From positions 800,001-864,000 of the forward strand of contig CAWDGJ010000002.1 in NCBI GenBank assembly GCA_963801815.1: a stretch of DNA of 64,000 nt. The letters run 5' to 3'. The notes below the pieces were generated by a model that had not been told where the DNA came from, ran no database searches, and worked only from the letters and a program-made list of their open reading frames with translations. Below are positions 1-9,895 of the stretch, one piece after another (the first letter of the stretch is position 1; every line of letters starts with the position of its first letter). This DNA is from an uncultured Verrucomicrobiae bacterium (lineage in GTDB: Bacteria > Verrucomicrobiota > Verrucomicrobiia > Chthoniobacterales > UBA10450). The position numbers and the translations under genes were made by a program.

Positions 1-2
1 TG

Positions 3-452
3 ATCGCAATTTTTTGCACGCGTTTGCTCAACCACCTCCCGCCGGTCCTTTACGAAGATGGTAAGCAAACGCGCGATTTCTCATTCGTGGAAGACATCGC
101 CCGCGCAAATCTGCTCGCGGCTGAGACCAACAAACTCGACGGCCTCGCGGTGAACGTTGGCAGCGGTAAAGGAACGCCTATTCGCAAGATCGCAGAAATT
201 CTTTCGCAGCTTCTCAAGATCGACATCAAGGCGGAAGTGCGCAGCGAATTTCGGCCGGGCGAAATGCGTCATCTCACCAGCGACACAAAATTAATTCGCT
301 CGGCCGGCTACCGGCCGCAGGTCGACCTGGAAGATGGAATTCCGCGTTACATCGATTGGATCAAAACCCAATCGGATATTCGCGATTATTTCAGCGAAGC
401 GAGCGAGATTTTGAAGAACAAGGGAATCGTCCATCGCGTGAAAAAGAAGTGA
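3..452 (+). CDS. NAD-dependent epimerase/dehydratase, C-terminal part (runs off the window start)
   Basis: YEDGKQTRDFSFVEDIARAN, VNVGSG and RPGEMRH motifs typical of extended SDR sugar epimerases. Confidence 0.85.
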   Translation: MAIFCTRLLNHLPPVLYEDGKQTRDFSFVEDIARANLLAAETNKLDGLAVNVGSGKGTPIRKIAEILSQLLKIDIKAEVRSEFRPGEMRHLTSDTKLIRSAGYRPQVDLEDGIPRYIDWIKTQSDIRDYFSEASEILKNKGIVHRVKKK

Positions 453-1447
453 ATCCGATCGGAGCGCTAGATTTCAATGCGCGCGCGTTGCACTACGCGC
501 GCAAGGATTTTCCGCTGCTCGAAGCGGACGCGAGCGTTGGACAAGCGATGGAGAAAATCCGGCGGGAAGGGATCGGCGAACGCGTGGTTTATTTTTACGC
601 GGTGGACGAGCAGCGAAAACTGGTCGGAGTCGTGCCGACTCGCCGACTGCTCACGGCGGCGCGCGAACAGACGCTGCGCGAAATTATGGTGCCGCGCGTG
701 GTCGCGCTGCCGGCCACGGCCACCGTTCTCGAAGCGTGCGAATTTTTCGTGCTCTACAAGTTTCTCGCATTCCCAATTGTCGACGCGGATCGCCGCGTCA
801 TCGGCGTAGTCGATGCCGATGTGTTCACGCAAAGCATGCTCGAAAGCGAAGAAGGGGAAAAGCCTGCCGGGCGCGACGATTTTTTCGAGCTACTCGGCAT
901 TCATCTCGCACAAGTTCGCGACGCTTCGCCGTGGCAAACGTTTCGCTACCGATTTCCGTGGTTGATGGCGACGGTCGCGAGCGGGACTGCGTGCGCGCTT
1001 CTCGCCGGCGCGTTCGAAGTCACGCTCGCACGTAGCATCGTCATCGCATTTTTCATGACAATGGTCTTGGCATTGAATGAAAGCGTGAGCATGCAATCGA
1101 TGAGCGTGACAATCCAAAAACTGCACTCCGCGCGCGTAACCTGGCGATGGTTCGTCAACGCAGTACGCAGTGAAATTCTGACCGCGGTTCTTCTCGCCAT
1201 TGGCTGCGGCGCGCTCGTCGGCATCATTGTTTACGTGTGGCGGCACGATCTTCGCGGCTCGCTGGTCATCGGCGGCAGTATCGCCACCTCCCTGGTGACG
1301 GCGTGTCTTTTTGGACTCGCCGTTCCATCGCTTCTGCATCGCTGGAAATTCGATCCCAAGATCGCCGCGGGTCCAATCACGTTGGCACTGGCTGATTTCT
1401 TCGCGCTCGCTCTGTATTTCACCGCTGCGTCGTTGGTTCTCCGATGA
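449..1447 (+). CDS. mgtE: Magnesium transporter, MgtE family (CBS pair + membrane domain)
   Basis: CBS pair (YFYAVDEQRKLVGVV), RFPWL and DPKIAAGPITLALAD motifs; GTG at 449 overlaps the upstream stop. Confidence 0.8.
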   Translation: MNPIGALDFNARALHYARKDFPLLEADASVGQAMEKIRREGIGERVVYFYAVDEQRKLVGVVPTRRLLTAAREQTLREIMVPRVVALPATATVLEACEFFVLYKFLAFPIVDADRRVIGVVDADVFTQSMLESEEGEKPAGRDDFFELLGIHLAQVRDASPWQTFRYRFPWLMATVASGTACALLAGAFEVTLARSIVIAFFMTMVLALNESVSMQSMSVTIQKLHSARVTWRWFVNAVRSEILTAVLLAIGCGALVGIIVYVWRHDLRGSLVIGGSIATSLVTACLFGLAVPSLLHRWKFDPKIAAGPITLALADFFALALYFTAASLVLR

Positions 1448-2157
1448 GCAACGTCTCGGTGGTGATTCCGGCCCTGAACGAGGAAGAACCGATCGCCGGC
1501 GTCGTCCGCGAATGCCTCACCACAAAAATTCCGAACGAGATCATCGTGGTCGACAACGGCAGTAGCGATCGAACTGCGGATCGCGCACGTGAAGCAGGCG
1601 CACGAGTCGTAACCGAACCGCGACACGGTTATGGCCGCGCCTGCGCCGCAGGAGTCCGCGCAGTTTCGCCAAGTTCGGAGGTAATTCTCTTTCTCGACGG
1701 CGACGGAGCGGATTGCCCCGAGTTCATATCGCAACTCGTCGATCCGATCGCGGCCGATAAATATGATTTCGTGATCGGTTCTCGCACTCGCGGTCAACGC
1801 GAACCGGGCAGCATGAATTTCCAACAAGTTTTTGCGGGTCGATTCGCCGGTTGGCTGATGTCGATCTTATACGGCGTTCGTTACACCGACATGTCACCGT
1901 TTCGCGCGATCCGGCGCGACGCCTTGGAAAGATTGTCGATGAAGGAAGAAACTTACGGCTGGAATTTGGAAATGCAGATGAAAGCTGCGCGCTCCGGGTT
2001 GCGAATTCTTGAAGTGCCGGTCAATCATCGCTGTCGCACTGGTGGCGTATCGAAAGTTTCCGGGACACTGCGCGGAACATTCGTCGCCGGCGCGCGAATC
2101 TTGGCAACCTTTTTGAGAATTGCGATGAGCAGAAAGCCACAGATGCACACAGATTGA
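1444..2157 (+). CDS. Glycosyltransferase family 2 (DPM1-like)
   Basis: VVIPALNEE, VVDNGSSD, FLDGDG motifs. Confidence 0.9.
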   Translation: MSNVSVVIPALNEEEPIAGVVRECLTTKIPNEIIVVDNGSSDRTADRAREAGARVVTEPRHGYGRACAAGVRAVSPSSEVILFLDGDGADCPEFISQLVDPIAADKYDFVIGSRTRGQREPGSMNFQQVFAGRFAGWLMSILYGVRYTDMSPFRAIRRDALERLSMKEETYGWNLEMQMKAARSGLRILEVPVNHRCRTGGVSKVSGTLRGTFVAGARILATFLRIAMSRKPQMHTD

Positions 2158-2216
2158 CACAGATTTGCAAAAAACAGTTGTCTGCCGATCTGTGTTTATC
2201 CGTGTTAATCTGTGGC
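2136..2216. repeat. REP-like inverted repeat built from 10-nt-periodic ACACAGAT units
   Basis: Left arm 2136-2164 gccacagatgcacacagattgacacagat; right arm 2188-2216 atctgtgtttatccgtgttaatctgtggc. Confidence 0.75.
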
Positions 2217-2229
2217 GGACCGATTTCGG

Positions 2230-3794
2230 ATGAACTCACCTTACGAATTGCGCACGGGCAGAGCAGTCTTTGCTGGCTTGCTGGCTGGACTTGTCGCTGG
2301 AATCGCGATGACGGTCGTGATGCTGTTGCTCGCATGGTTCGGCGTGGCGACGCCGCTCGCGATCATTGGCGATCGCCTTTCGGTTTTCATTAAACCTGGA
2401 CCATTCCTCGGGTTGATGGGCCGCGTCGGCGGATACAATCATCTCAAACAACTCGGCGTGGGATCGACGATGGCGGGCCAGTTGCTCGTCAGCGCGCTTG
2501 GCGGCGCGGTGTTTGGTTTGTTGATGCGACGTAATCCACGGCGTGGCGTTACGGCATGGACGATGTCGATCTTCGTCGTCTTGCCAATTATCGCGCTCGC
2601 GGTTCTTCTCTGGCCGGTTCTCGGCACAAGCTACATCGGTTTCCCGATCGCCTCGGCACGAATGATCACGTTGATTGGCTTTGCGCTGAGCGTTTTGGTT
2701 TTTGAGCGAACACTCGTGGGAAGTTTTCATTTTCTCACCCGATCGAAAGCGCAAGGCGACAGCACGGAATTTTCGCCGCCAATTGGCCGCCGCGCGTTGA
2801 TCCTGAGCGGGCTCGGCGTTGCTGGTCACTGGTGGCGGGGTTGCGTTGTTGAGAAAACTCTACGACGACGCGGCGTTCAGTTACGACGGCACACAATACA
2901 AAGGCCGCATCGTCAAGCCGATCACGCCTAACGAGTTGTTCTATTGCGTCACCAAGAATGTGATTGATCCGAGCGTGGATGAAGATCTCTGGCATTTGGA
3001 AGTGAATGGGCTCGTTCAAAATCCAAGAGCATATCGATTTCAGGACTTGGAAGGGTTCACAAAAGTCGAACAGGAAACGACGCTGATGTGCATCAGCAAC
3101 GGACTCGACGCCGGATTGATGAGCAACGCAGTTTGGAAAGGCATCGCCCTGGTTGACTTGCTCGACGCCGCTGGCCCGTTGGCCGGCGCCAAGCGCGTTC
3201 GACTCTATGGCGTTGATAATTACACCGACACGATCCCGATTGAGAAAGCGCTCGAGCCCACCACGCTGCTCGCCTTAGAAATGAACGGCGAGGAATTGCC
3301 CGACCGGCACGGCTATCCGATGCGCGCGATTGTTCCCGGATATTTCGGTGAGAAACACGTGAAATGGCTGACTCGCATCGAGCTCACCGGCGCCGACGCG
3401 AAAGGCTTTTACGAAACCCAGGGCTGGGGCCCGGACTTCATCGTGCCGACACGATCGCGAATTGACGTTCCTGATCACAATTCACGATTCTCGATTCACG
3501 AATCACCGGTCAAAATTAAAGGCATCGCGTTTGGCGGCGATCGCGGAATTTCGCGCGTCGAAATCAGCGACGACGACGGCGAAACGTGGGCTGACGCGAA
3601 GATTGATTATCCAGGGACAAAATTAACCTGGGCGCTTTGGAGTTATGACTGGCAACCCGATGGTCCCGATGATTACACGACTGGTCGTCCGCGCCACCGA
3701 CGGTGAAGGCGAGGTTCAGGAATGGGAAGAAGACCGCAGTCCGTTCTCCGGCGTCACCGGCTTTCATAAAATCAACGTGCATGTGATTGCGTAG
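2230..3794 (+). CDS. Membrane-anchored molybdopterin oxidoreductase, sulfite-oxidase family (frameshifts at ~2820 and ~3680)
   Basis: N-terminal TM helices; ITPNELFY, LMCISN (Mo-ligand Cys), HGYPMR..PGYFGEKHVKWL; the C-terminus ...FHKINVHVIA* lies in another frame and ends at TAG 3794. Confidence 0.8.
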
Positions 3795-3800
3795 TGAGTC

Positions 3801-3948
3801 AGGTAGGGGCGGTTGATTCGCTCGTGCCCACTCGCTCACCCTCTCGGGCTATCCCGTCTATGTCGCTCGGCTCCCGCCGGCTCCATTCACCGAACCGCCC
3901 GTAAATGCCAGTCCGGCTCGGACCGATTGAGGTCAATCACCCCTACCT
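3801..3948. repeat. GTAG-type REP-like element with an internal insert
   Basis: Terminal IRs aggtaggggcggttga (3801-3816) and tcaatcacccctacct (3933-3948), 14/16 match; located between convergent genes. Confidence 0.65.
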
Positions 3949-4738
3949 CTGACACTTCGCGCACCAGGCGGTGGTGCGGCCGGCGACGGTGGCGTGGCGA
4001 AGTGGAATGCGATGGATGGGGCAGGTGCCACCGCGTTTCCATTTTTGATGAATCAGCCAGTTGCTTTGGAGGATCAGAGAAATCTTTGCCGAGCGTTTCG
4101 AGCGAGCGGCGCACAACCCATTTGGTTGCGCGGAAAATAGCGGCGCGTTCGCGGGTTGTGAGCTTTCGAATTCGTCTCGACGGCAAAACTTTCGCGCGCC
4201 ACAGAATTTCGTCGGCCATCCAGTTTCCGATTCCCGGGAAACCACTCTGCATCAGGAGGGCGGCTTTGATCGGTGCCTTGCGATGCCGATCGAGAACTCG
4301 TTGAAAAGTTTCTGATCGAATTCGTGTGAATCGATTTCTGGCGGACGACTTCTTCCACCAGTCGGGTTCGTCTTTGCCGTGATGAAAACGAACGTGCCCG
4401 AGTTGGCGCGAATCGGTGAAAACAAGTGCACGCTCGCGTTGAACAAGAACCAGATGATCGTGTTTGCCCGGGCGAAAATCCGTCGACTCGACGTGCGTTT
4501 TGCCGGTCATCCCGAGATGAATGCCGAGCCAGCTATTTTCTGAAAACTCGAACAGCATTTGTTTGCCGCTTCGTTTCGATCGCAACAGGGTTTGGCCGAT
4601 CAAATTCTCACGAAGTGCATCGCCATCGGTCCCGCGGAAGACGTATTTCCGGGAATGCGCCTCAACCTCGACGACTTCGTGGCCGATTCCGGCGTTCCAC
4701 TGTTTGCGAAACCATTCGACCTCCGCCAGCTCTGGCAT
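3943..4738 (-). CDS. Fpg/Nei family DNA glycosylase (3 apparent indels)
   Basis: N-terminal MPELAEVE, HLGMTG, H2TH PGIGNWMADEILW; Zn finger CPIH...WCAKCQ in another frame. Confidence 0.85.
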
Positions 4739-4741
4739 GCA

Positions 4742-7700
4742 TTAAGGTAATTCGATCGCTAAGGCTGCAGTCAATCCCGCCGGAACGGACAAATCGTGCA
4801 CGATCCAGCGATCCGCTGGTCGTTGGGCCGACGGGACACCAAACGGAATTACGTCCGTCGGCAGTTCGATGTTTGCCAGATCGTGGCGCAAACCTTCGCC
4901 AGTCGCTTTAACGTAAGCTTCTTTTCGCGTCCACGTCCGCAAGAAGGCGGCAGAGCGGTGCGCCGGATTTGGAATTGCGGTCCAAACCTCGAGCTCACGT
5001 TCGGACAGAACGCGCGCAGCGAGTTTGGATAATGATTCCTCGTCGGCTGGAAGTGATTCGGCCGATTCCAAATCCACGCCCAACTCGCGGTCCCAACTGG
5101 TTGCGATTAACGCCCAGCCTGCAGCGTGAGAAAGATTGAACTTTAGCTTTCGCTGATCGCCCGCTCTGTTTTGAACTTCCGGTTTTCCCTGCGCGGATTT
5201 TTCCAAGACGAGCGCTGTCGGCGAACAGTCAAGGATTCCTGCGAGCCCAAGGCGGAGAAGGCCGTGAGCAGCAACGTAGCGATGCCGATCTCGCTTGAGG
5301 TAAAATTGCTCGGCGCGCGTGCGCTCGGAAGAATCGAGCGAAGCGAATAACTGCGTAATTTCGTCCGGTGAAAAGGAATCGAGATGGGCGATCCAAAGTT
5401 GGACACCGCTTTCCGGAGACGACAGCGACTTAAGATGTTGCCCCGCTCCTGACAAGATTTCTGGTTTCAGATAAGCGCCACAGTTCATTGCCGGAAACTC
5501 AGTTCTTCGGGAACTGAAGACCGCGACTGAGTACGGATTCACGGCTCCCCTTTGCAGGCAACGATCGATTGTTTCCGCCAAGGGACCGACGTGCGCGGTA
5601 ATGCATTCGAGATGGCTGCCCTTTAGTTGATATACCGAGGCCTTATGAGCCAATCGCCGCCATGCGCGGTCGAGATGATCGCCGCGTTCCAGCAGGTCTT
5701 CAGAGAGAAGCACGGACATCGGACCGCGGTATGGTTTTGGCCGATAACCTGTGGCCGCCCACAGAAAACTTGAAGCCACATCTCGCTCCGGGATTCCCTC
5801 GTCTTGTGCCGTGGATATCGTCGGCCGATTGCGGGACAAGGCAGAGATAGTGCGATTTCGGATTTTCCGCATCGCAGATCGGAGCTTTTCGGCGATCTCG
5901 AGTTTCCACCACCAAGCAAATTTTGCCCGGAGCAGCGCCCACTGTTTAAATCGGTCCAGTTGCGTAGTGCCGTCCCAACGGAGCCATTCACCAAGAGTTT
6001 CGCAGACCCACCGCAATGCCTGCAACGGCTTGTCTCGCGGTTCGGCATCGATAAGAACTAACATTTCGACCGTCTCGCCACTGGCGATAATCTGCTGAGC
6101 AAGTTCGTAAGCGACAATCGCGCCCAGACAGAATCCTCCGATGATGTATGGACCTTTCGGCTGGACTGTGCGGATCGCTTTCAAATGGGCTGAGGCCATC
6201 CGTTCAATGCTCGGCATCTGTGATGGGTGGCCTATCTGTTGGGGCGGCAGAACGTAAAGAGGTTGATCCGTCCCTAAGGCTCGCGACAGCTTCAACGTAT
6301 AAAATCCGCCGCCAAGAAGGTCTCCGTGCAAATAAAAGAACGGCGTCCGCGATCCATGCTCTTGAATCGTCAGCAAGCTGGCTGATTCATCGATGACTTC
6401 GTGGACGATTTCGGCAGCCAGGGCTTCGACGGTCGGATTCTCCGCGAATTTGTATGACGAATCGATTGTCGTGCCGCAAAGATCTTCGGCGCGTTGCAAC
6501 ATGCGCGAGACCAACTTCGGATTGCCGCCAAGCTCGAAAAAGTTGTCCCGGATTCCGATTCCTCGAACGCCGAGCAGCTCTTCCCAAATGGCGATGAGCT
6601 CGAGTTGAAGGCTAAGGTACGGGCGCACCTTTTGATTTGAGCCGCGCTTTGCTTTTCCAATCCAGCCCGCGACGGCGTTCGGATATTTCGTTTCCAGCAA
6701 TTTCGCCATTGCTGCCACGGTGGGCGCCTCGATGAAAATTGCTGGCGAAAGACGCTGGCCGAGATTTTCCGACAATTGATTTACAACCTGGAGTCCCGTC
6801 AGAGAATGGCCTCCCAGATCGAAGAAGCTCTCAAACGGATTCACGTGATCCAAGCCAAGAACGCCGGCCCAAATCGCGGCGAGTTTTTGCTCCAAAGATG
6901 TGCGAGGTGCTGCAACCCGGACGGTCGGTTCATCATGAAAATCGGGAATCGGCAGGGCGGACCGATCCAGTTTGCCATTCGCCATGCGGGGCAGCTCTGA
7001 TAAGGTCGTGATGACGGATGGCACCATGTAATCCGGCAGCGATTTGCGCAGTGTCGCGAAAAGTTTTTCGGGGGACGCCTGTCCGACCACGCAGGCGACG
7101 AGGCGCTTTTCCCCACGGACGTCTTCGCCTGCGACGACAGCGGCATCATGAACGTCGGGCTGCCGTTTCAACGCAGCTTCAATTTCACCGGGTTCCACGC
7201 GAAAACCGCGCAGCTTAATCTGGCTGTCTTTCCGGCCGAGGAATTCGATCACACCGTCGTCGCGCCAGCGTGCCAGGTCGCCAGTCCTGTAGAGTTTGGA
7301 TCCATGACTGAATGGATCCGCGACAAATTTTTCTGCGGTCAATTTCTCTTTCCGCCAATATTCGCGCGCGAGTCCATCACCACCGATGCACAATTCACCG
7401 AGCGCGCCGATCGGAACCGGTTTCAAATTGGGGTCGAGAACATAAGCGGTAGTGTTATTGATCGGCTTCCCGATTGGAATGGAACGGTCTGAAGGCGCAA
7501 CCGACCGAATTGGATGGCAACATGCGAAAGTCGTACTTTCAGTTGGCCCATAGCCGTTTATCAGACGCGTGTTGGGCAAGGCGTTCAGGGCTTTGCAAAC
7601 ATGGGGAGCGGAAAGAACGTCTCCGCCAGTCAGCAGCTGACGTAATGGCTGCAGATCTTTCACGCGCTCATCGACCATCACGTTAAACAAACCGGCCGTA

Positions 7701-9895
7701 AGCCAGAGTGTGGTTACTGCATATTCCGCAATCGCGCGTCCAATCTCTTCAAGAGTTGGTGGTGCCGGCGGCATGACCGCCAATTTTCCGCCATTTAAAA
7801 GCGGACCCCAGATTTCAAATGTGGACGCGTCGAACGAGATCGGCGCGAGTTGGAGGAATGTCTCGTCGGCCGAGAAGGACGCGTAGTTGGTATTCTTCAC
7901 CAACCTGACGACGGCACGATGCGGAACCGCAACACCTTTCGGAGTCCCGGTCGATCCCGACGTGTACATAATGTAAGCAATGTCGGTGGCGGCGAGGTCA
8001 AGCTGAGGACTCGTCGCCTCTTCTGCCGGGAATGATTCGGTATCGATGCAAATAATCTTTGGATTCCGCTTTGGTTTGCCGAGATCTTCTAGAAGTTTGT
8101 TCTGGGTCAAAATTACCGGCGTTTCCGTGTCGGAAATCATCGAGGTGATTCGTTCGGCTGGATACGATGGATCGAGTGGAACGTAAGCTCCTCCCGCTTT
8201 GAGGACGGCCAGAAGCGCCACCACCATTTCCAGCGAACGCTCCATGTAGACGCCGACTGGCACATTGCGTCCAACTCCGAGCTTCTGTAACCGCGTCGCC
8301 AAACAATTCGCGCGCCGATTCAGTTCTGCGTAAGTCAACTTTGTTTCGCCGAAGGCGATGGCGACTGCTGCCGGTGTCCGCGAGACTTGCTGCTCAAAGA
8401 TTTGATGGATCGTCGCGTTGCGAGGGTAATCGGTTCGCGTTCCGCTCCATTCTACCGGCGGCAGTCGGGACGTATCCTGCCAAACCGCTCTGACCAGATT
8501 GCTCACTGTTTCAGTTGGAGTAGCGACGATTCTGTCGAGCAATTTCAGCCAGCGAGACTTTAGTAGCTGAATCGTTTCGCGTTCGAAAAGGTCGGTGTTG
8601 TAGATAAAATTTCCAGCCAGTCGTCCCTCGCGATCCTCGAGACCGAGCTGGAGATCGAATTTCGCCGTGTCCGCTTTGACATCCATGTAGGCAAAACCCC
8701 ACCCGGGCTGAAGCGGATCGAGAGGCGGCTCCATTACCATCAGGACCTGCAGTAGCGGAGCGCGGCTCGGATCGCGTTTGCGGGCGAACTTCTGGACCAA
8801 CAACTCAAACGGCGTCTCATGCGAGAGCGCTTCGAGAACTGTAACTCGCACCCGCGCGACGAGATCGACAAATCGATCCGCTTTTGAAAACGAACACCGG
8901 ATCGGAATCGTGTTCAAAAAGCAACCGAGCAGATCCATCGTCTCCGCGCGGTCGCGGCCACTGCTGATTCCGCCGACGACAATATCTTCCTGCCCGGTGT
9001 ATCCGTGAAGCAACGCGGTAAACGCCGCGGCCATCACTGCGAACGGCGCGGCCCGTTGATCCCGGCTTAACGCCTTCAGCGCAGCGTTCGTTTCGCTTGA
9101 AACCTCGAACAGCTCCATCGCCCCCGGATAAGTTGGTGACGGCGGGGGTGGATGATCAGTTTTTAAATTCAGAGCCGGCAAATCAGCCAGGGCACTTTTC
9201 CAATATGAGAGGTCCTGCGACGGAATCGATTTGATGGACTTCCGCTGCCAGGCTGCGTAATCGGAATATTGAATCGGCAAATCGGGAAGCTGCGGCGACT
9301 GATTTTTGGAAAACGCTTCGTAACCCGCCACTAACTCAGGCAACAACACCCGATAAAGCGAGACGCCGTCAAAAATAATATGGTGAAGCGTGATGTAGAG
9401 ACGGTGTTCATCGTCGCGCATCCGCACGAGACGGAGCCGATACATTGGGCCCGTTGCCAGATCGAAAGCCTGATGCATGTCGGCGGTGGCGAGACGAAGC
9501 GCTTCGGCTTGGGGCTGTGGATGCCGGCGAAGATCGACAATTGGAATTTCTACGCGCTTCGGCGCGGGCCGAACAATTTGGACACACTCATCGCCGTCCC
9601 ATTTGAAAGTGGTCCGCCAGGCTTCGTGGCGACGAACAATTTCGGTAAAGCTTCGTTCCAGAGCCGAAATGTCCAGCGGGCCATACCGATAAATCGTGAT
9701 CGGTTCGTTGTAGATCAACCAACCGGCGGCGAGTTGCGAATGCAGCCAAATTTGCCGCTGTGGATAAGACAGCGGCGTCGGCCCAGATTCTTCTCTTCTT
9801 GGAATCGTTGCCGGCTTTGCACCGCGGAGATACTGCTTTAGCAGGGCGCTCCGCGCTTCCGAAATTCCGGCTACGGTTTTCTCGTGAGGCTGCAT
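4742..9895 (-). CDS. NRPS C-A-T-T*-TE with fused Sfp-type 4'-phosphopantetheinyl transferase
   Basis: C: HHIIFDG; A: YTSGSTGTPKG, NGYGPTE, YRTGDL; T1 GGHSL; T2 GGNP; TE GFCLG; PPTase FNLSH, GVDLE, WTRKEAYVKATG. Confidence 0.92.
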   Translation of the reverse strand: MQPHEKTVAGISEARSALLKQYLRGAKPATIPRREESGPTPLSYPQRQIWLHSQLAAGWLIYNEPITIYRYGPLDISALERSFTEIVRRHEAWRTTFKWDGDECVQIVRPAPKRVEIPIVDLRRHPQPQAEALRLATADMHQAFDLATGPMYRLRLVRMRDDEHRLYITLHHIIFDGVSLYRVLLPELVAGYEAFSKNQSPQLPDLPIQYSDYAAWQRKSIKSIPSQDLSYWKSALADLPALNLKTDHPPPPSPTYPGAMELFEVSSETNAALKALSRDQRAAPFAVMAAAFTALLHGYTGQEDIVVGGISSGRDRAETMDLLGCFLNTIPIRCSFSKADRFVDLVARVRVTVLEALSHETPFELLVQKFARKRDPSRAPLLQVLMVMEPPLDPLQPGWGFAYMDVKADTAKFDLQLGLEDREGRLAGNFIYNTDLFERETIQLLKSRWLKLLDRIVATPTETVSNLVRAVWQDTSRLPPVEWSGTRTDYPRNATIHQIFEQQVSRTPAAVAIAFGETKLTYAELNRRANCLATRLQKLGVGRNVPVGVYMERSLEMVVALLAVLKAGGAYVPLDPSYPAERITSMISDTETPVILTQNKLLEDLGKPKRNPKIICIDTESFPAEEATSPQLDLAATDIAYIMYTSGSTGTPKGVAVPHRAVVRLVKNTNYASFSADETFLQLAPISFDASTFEIWGPLLNGGKLAVMPPAPPTLEEIGRAIAEYAVTTLWLTAGLFNVMVDERVKDLQPLRQLLTGGDVLSAPHVCKALNALPNTRLINGYGPTESTTFACCHPIRSVAPSDRSIPIGKPINNTTAYVLDPNLKPVPIGALGELCIGGDGLAREYWRKEKLTAEKFVADPFSHGSKLYRTGDLARWRDDGVIEFLGRKDSQIKLRGFRVEPGEIEAALKRQPDVHDAAVVAGEDVRGEKRLVACVVGQASPEKLFATLRKSLPDYMVPSVITTLSELPRMANGKLDRSALPIPDFHDEPTVRVAAPRTSLEQKLAAIWAGVLGLDHVNPFESFFDLGGHSLTGLQVVNQLSENLGQRLSPAIFIEAPTVAAMAKLLETKYPNAVAGWIGKAKRGSNQKVRPYLSLQLELIAIWEELLGVRGIGIRDNFFELGGNPKLVSRMLQRAEDLCGTTIDSSYKFAENPTVEALAAEIVHEVIDESASLLTIQEHGSRTPFFYLHGDLLGGGFYTLKLSRALGTDQPLYVLPPQQIGHPSQMPSIERMASAHLKAIRTVQPKGPYIIGGFCLGAIVAYELAQQIIASGETVEMLVLIDAEPRDKPLQALRWVCETLGEWLRWDGTTQLDRFKQWALLRAKFAWWWKLEIAEKLRSAMRKIRNRTISALSRNRPTISTAQDEGIPERDVASSFLWAATGYRPKPYRGPMSVLLSEDLLERGDHLDRAWRRLAHKASVYQLKGSHLECITAHVGPLAETIDRCLQRGAVNPYSVAVFSSRRTEFPAMNCGAYLKPEILSGAGQHLKSLSSPESGVQLWIAHLDSFSPDEITQLFASLDSSERTRAEQFYLKRDRHRYVAAHGLLRLGLAGILDCSPTALVLEKSAQGKPEVQNRAGDQRKLKFNLSHAAGWALIATSWDRELGVDLESAESLPADEESLSKLAARVLSERELEVWTAIPNPAHRSAAFLRTWTRKEAYVKATGEGLRHDLANIELPTDVIPFGVPSAQRPADRWIVHDLSVPAGLTAALAIELP

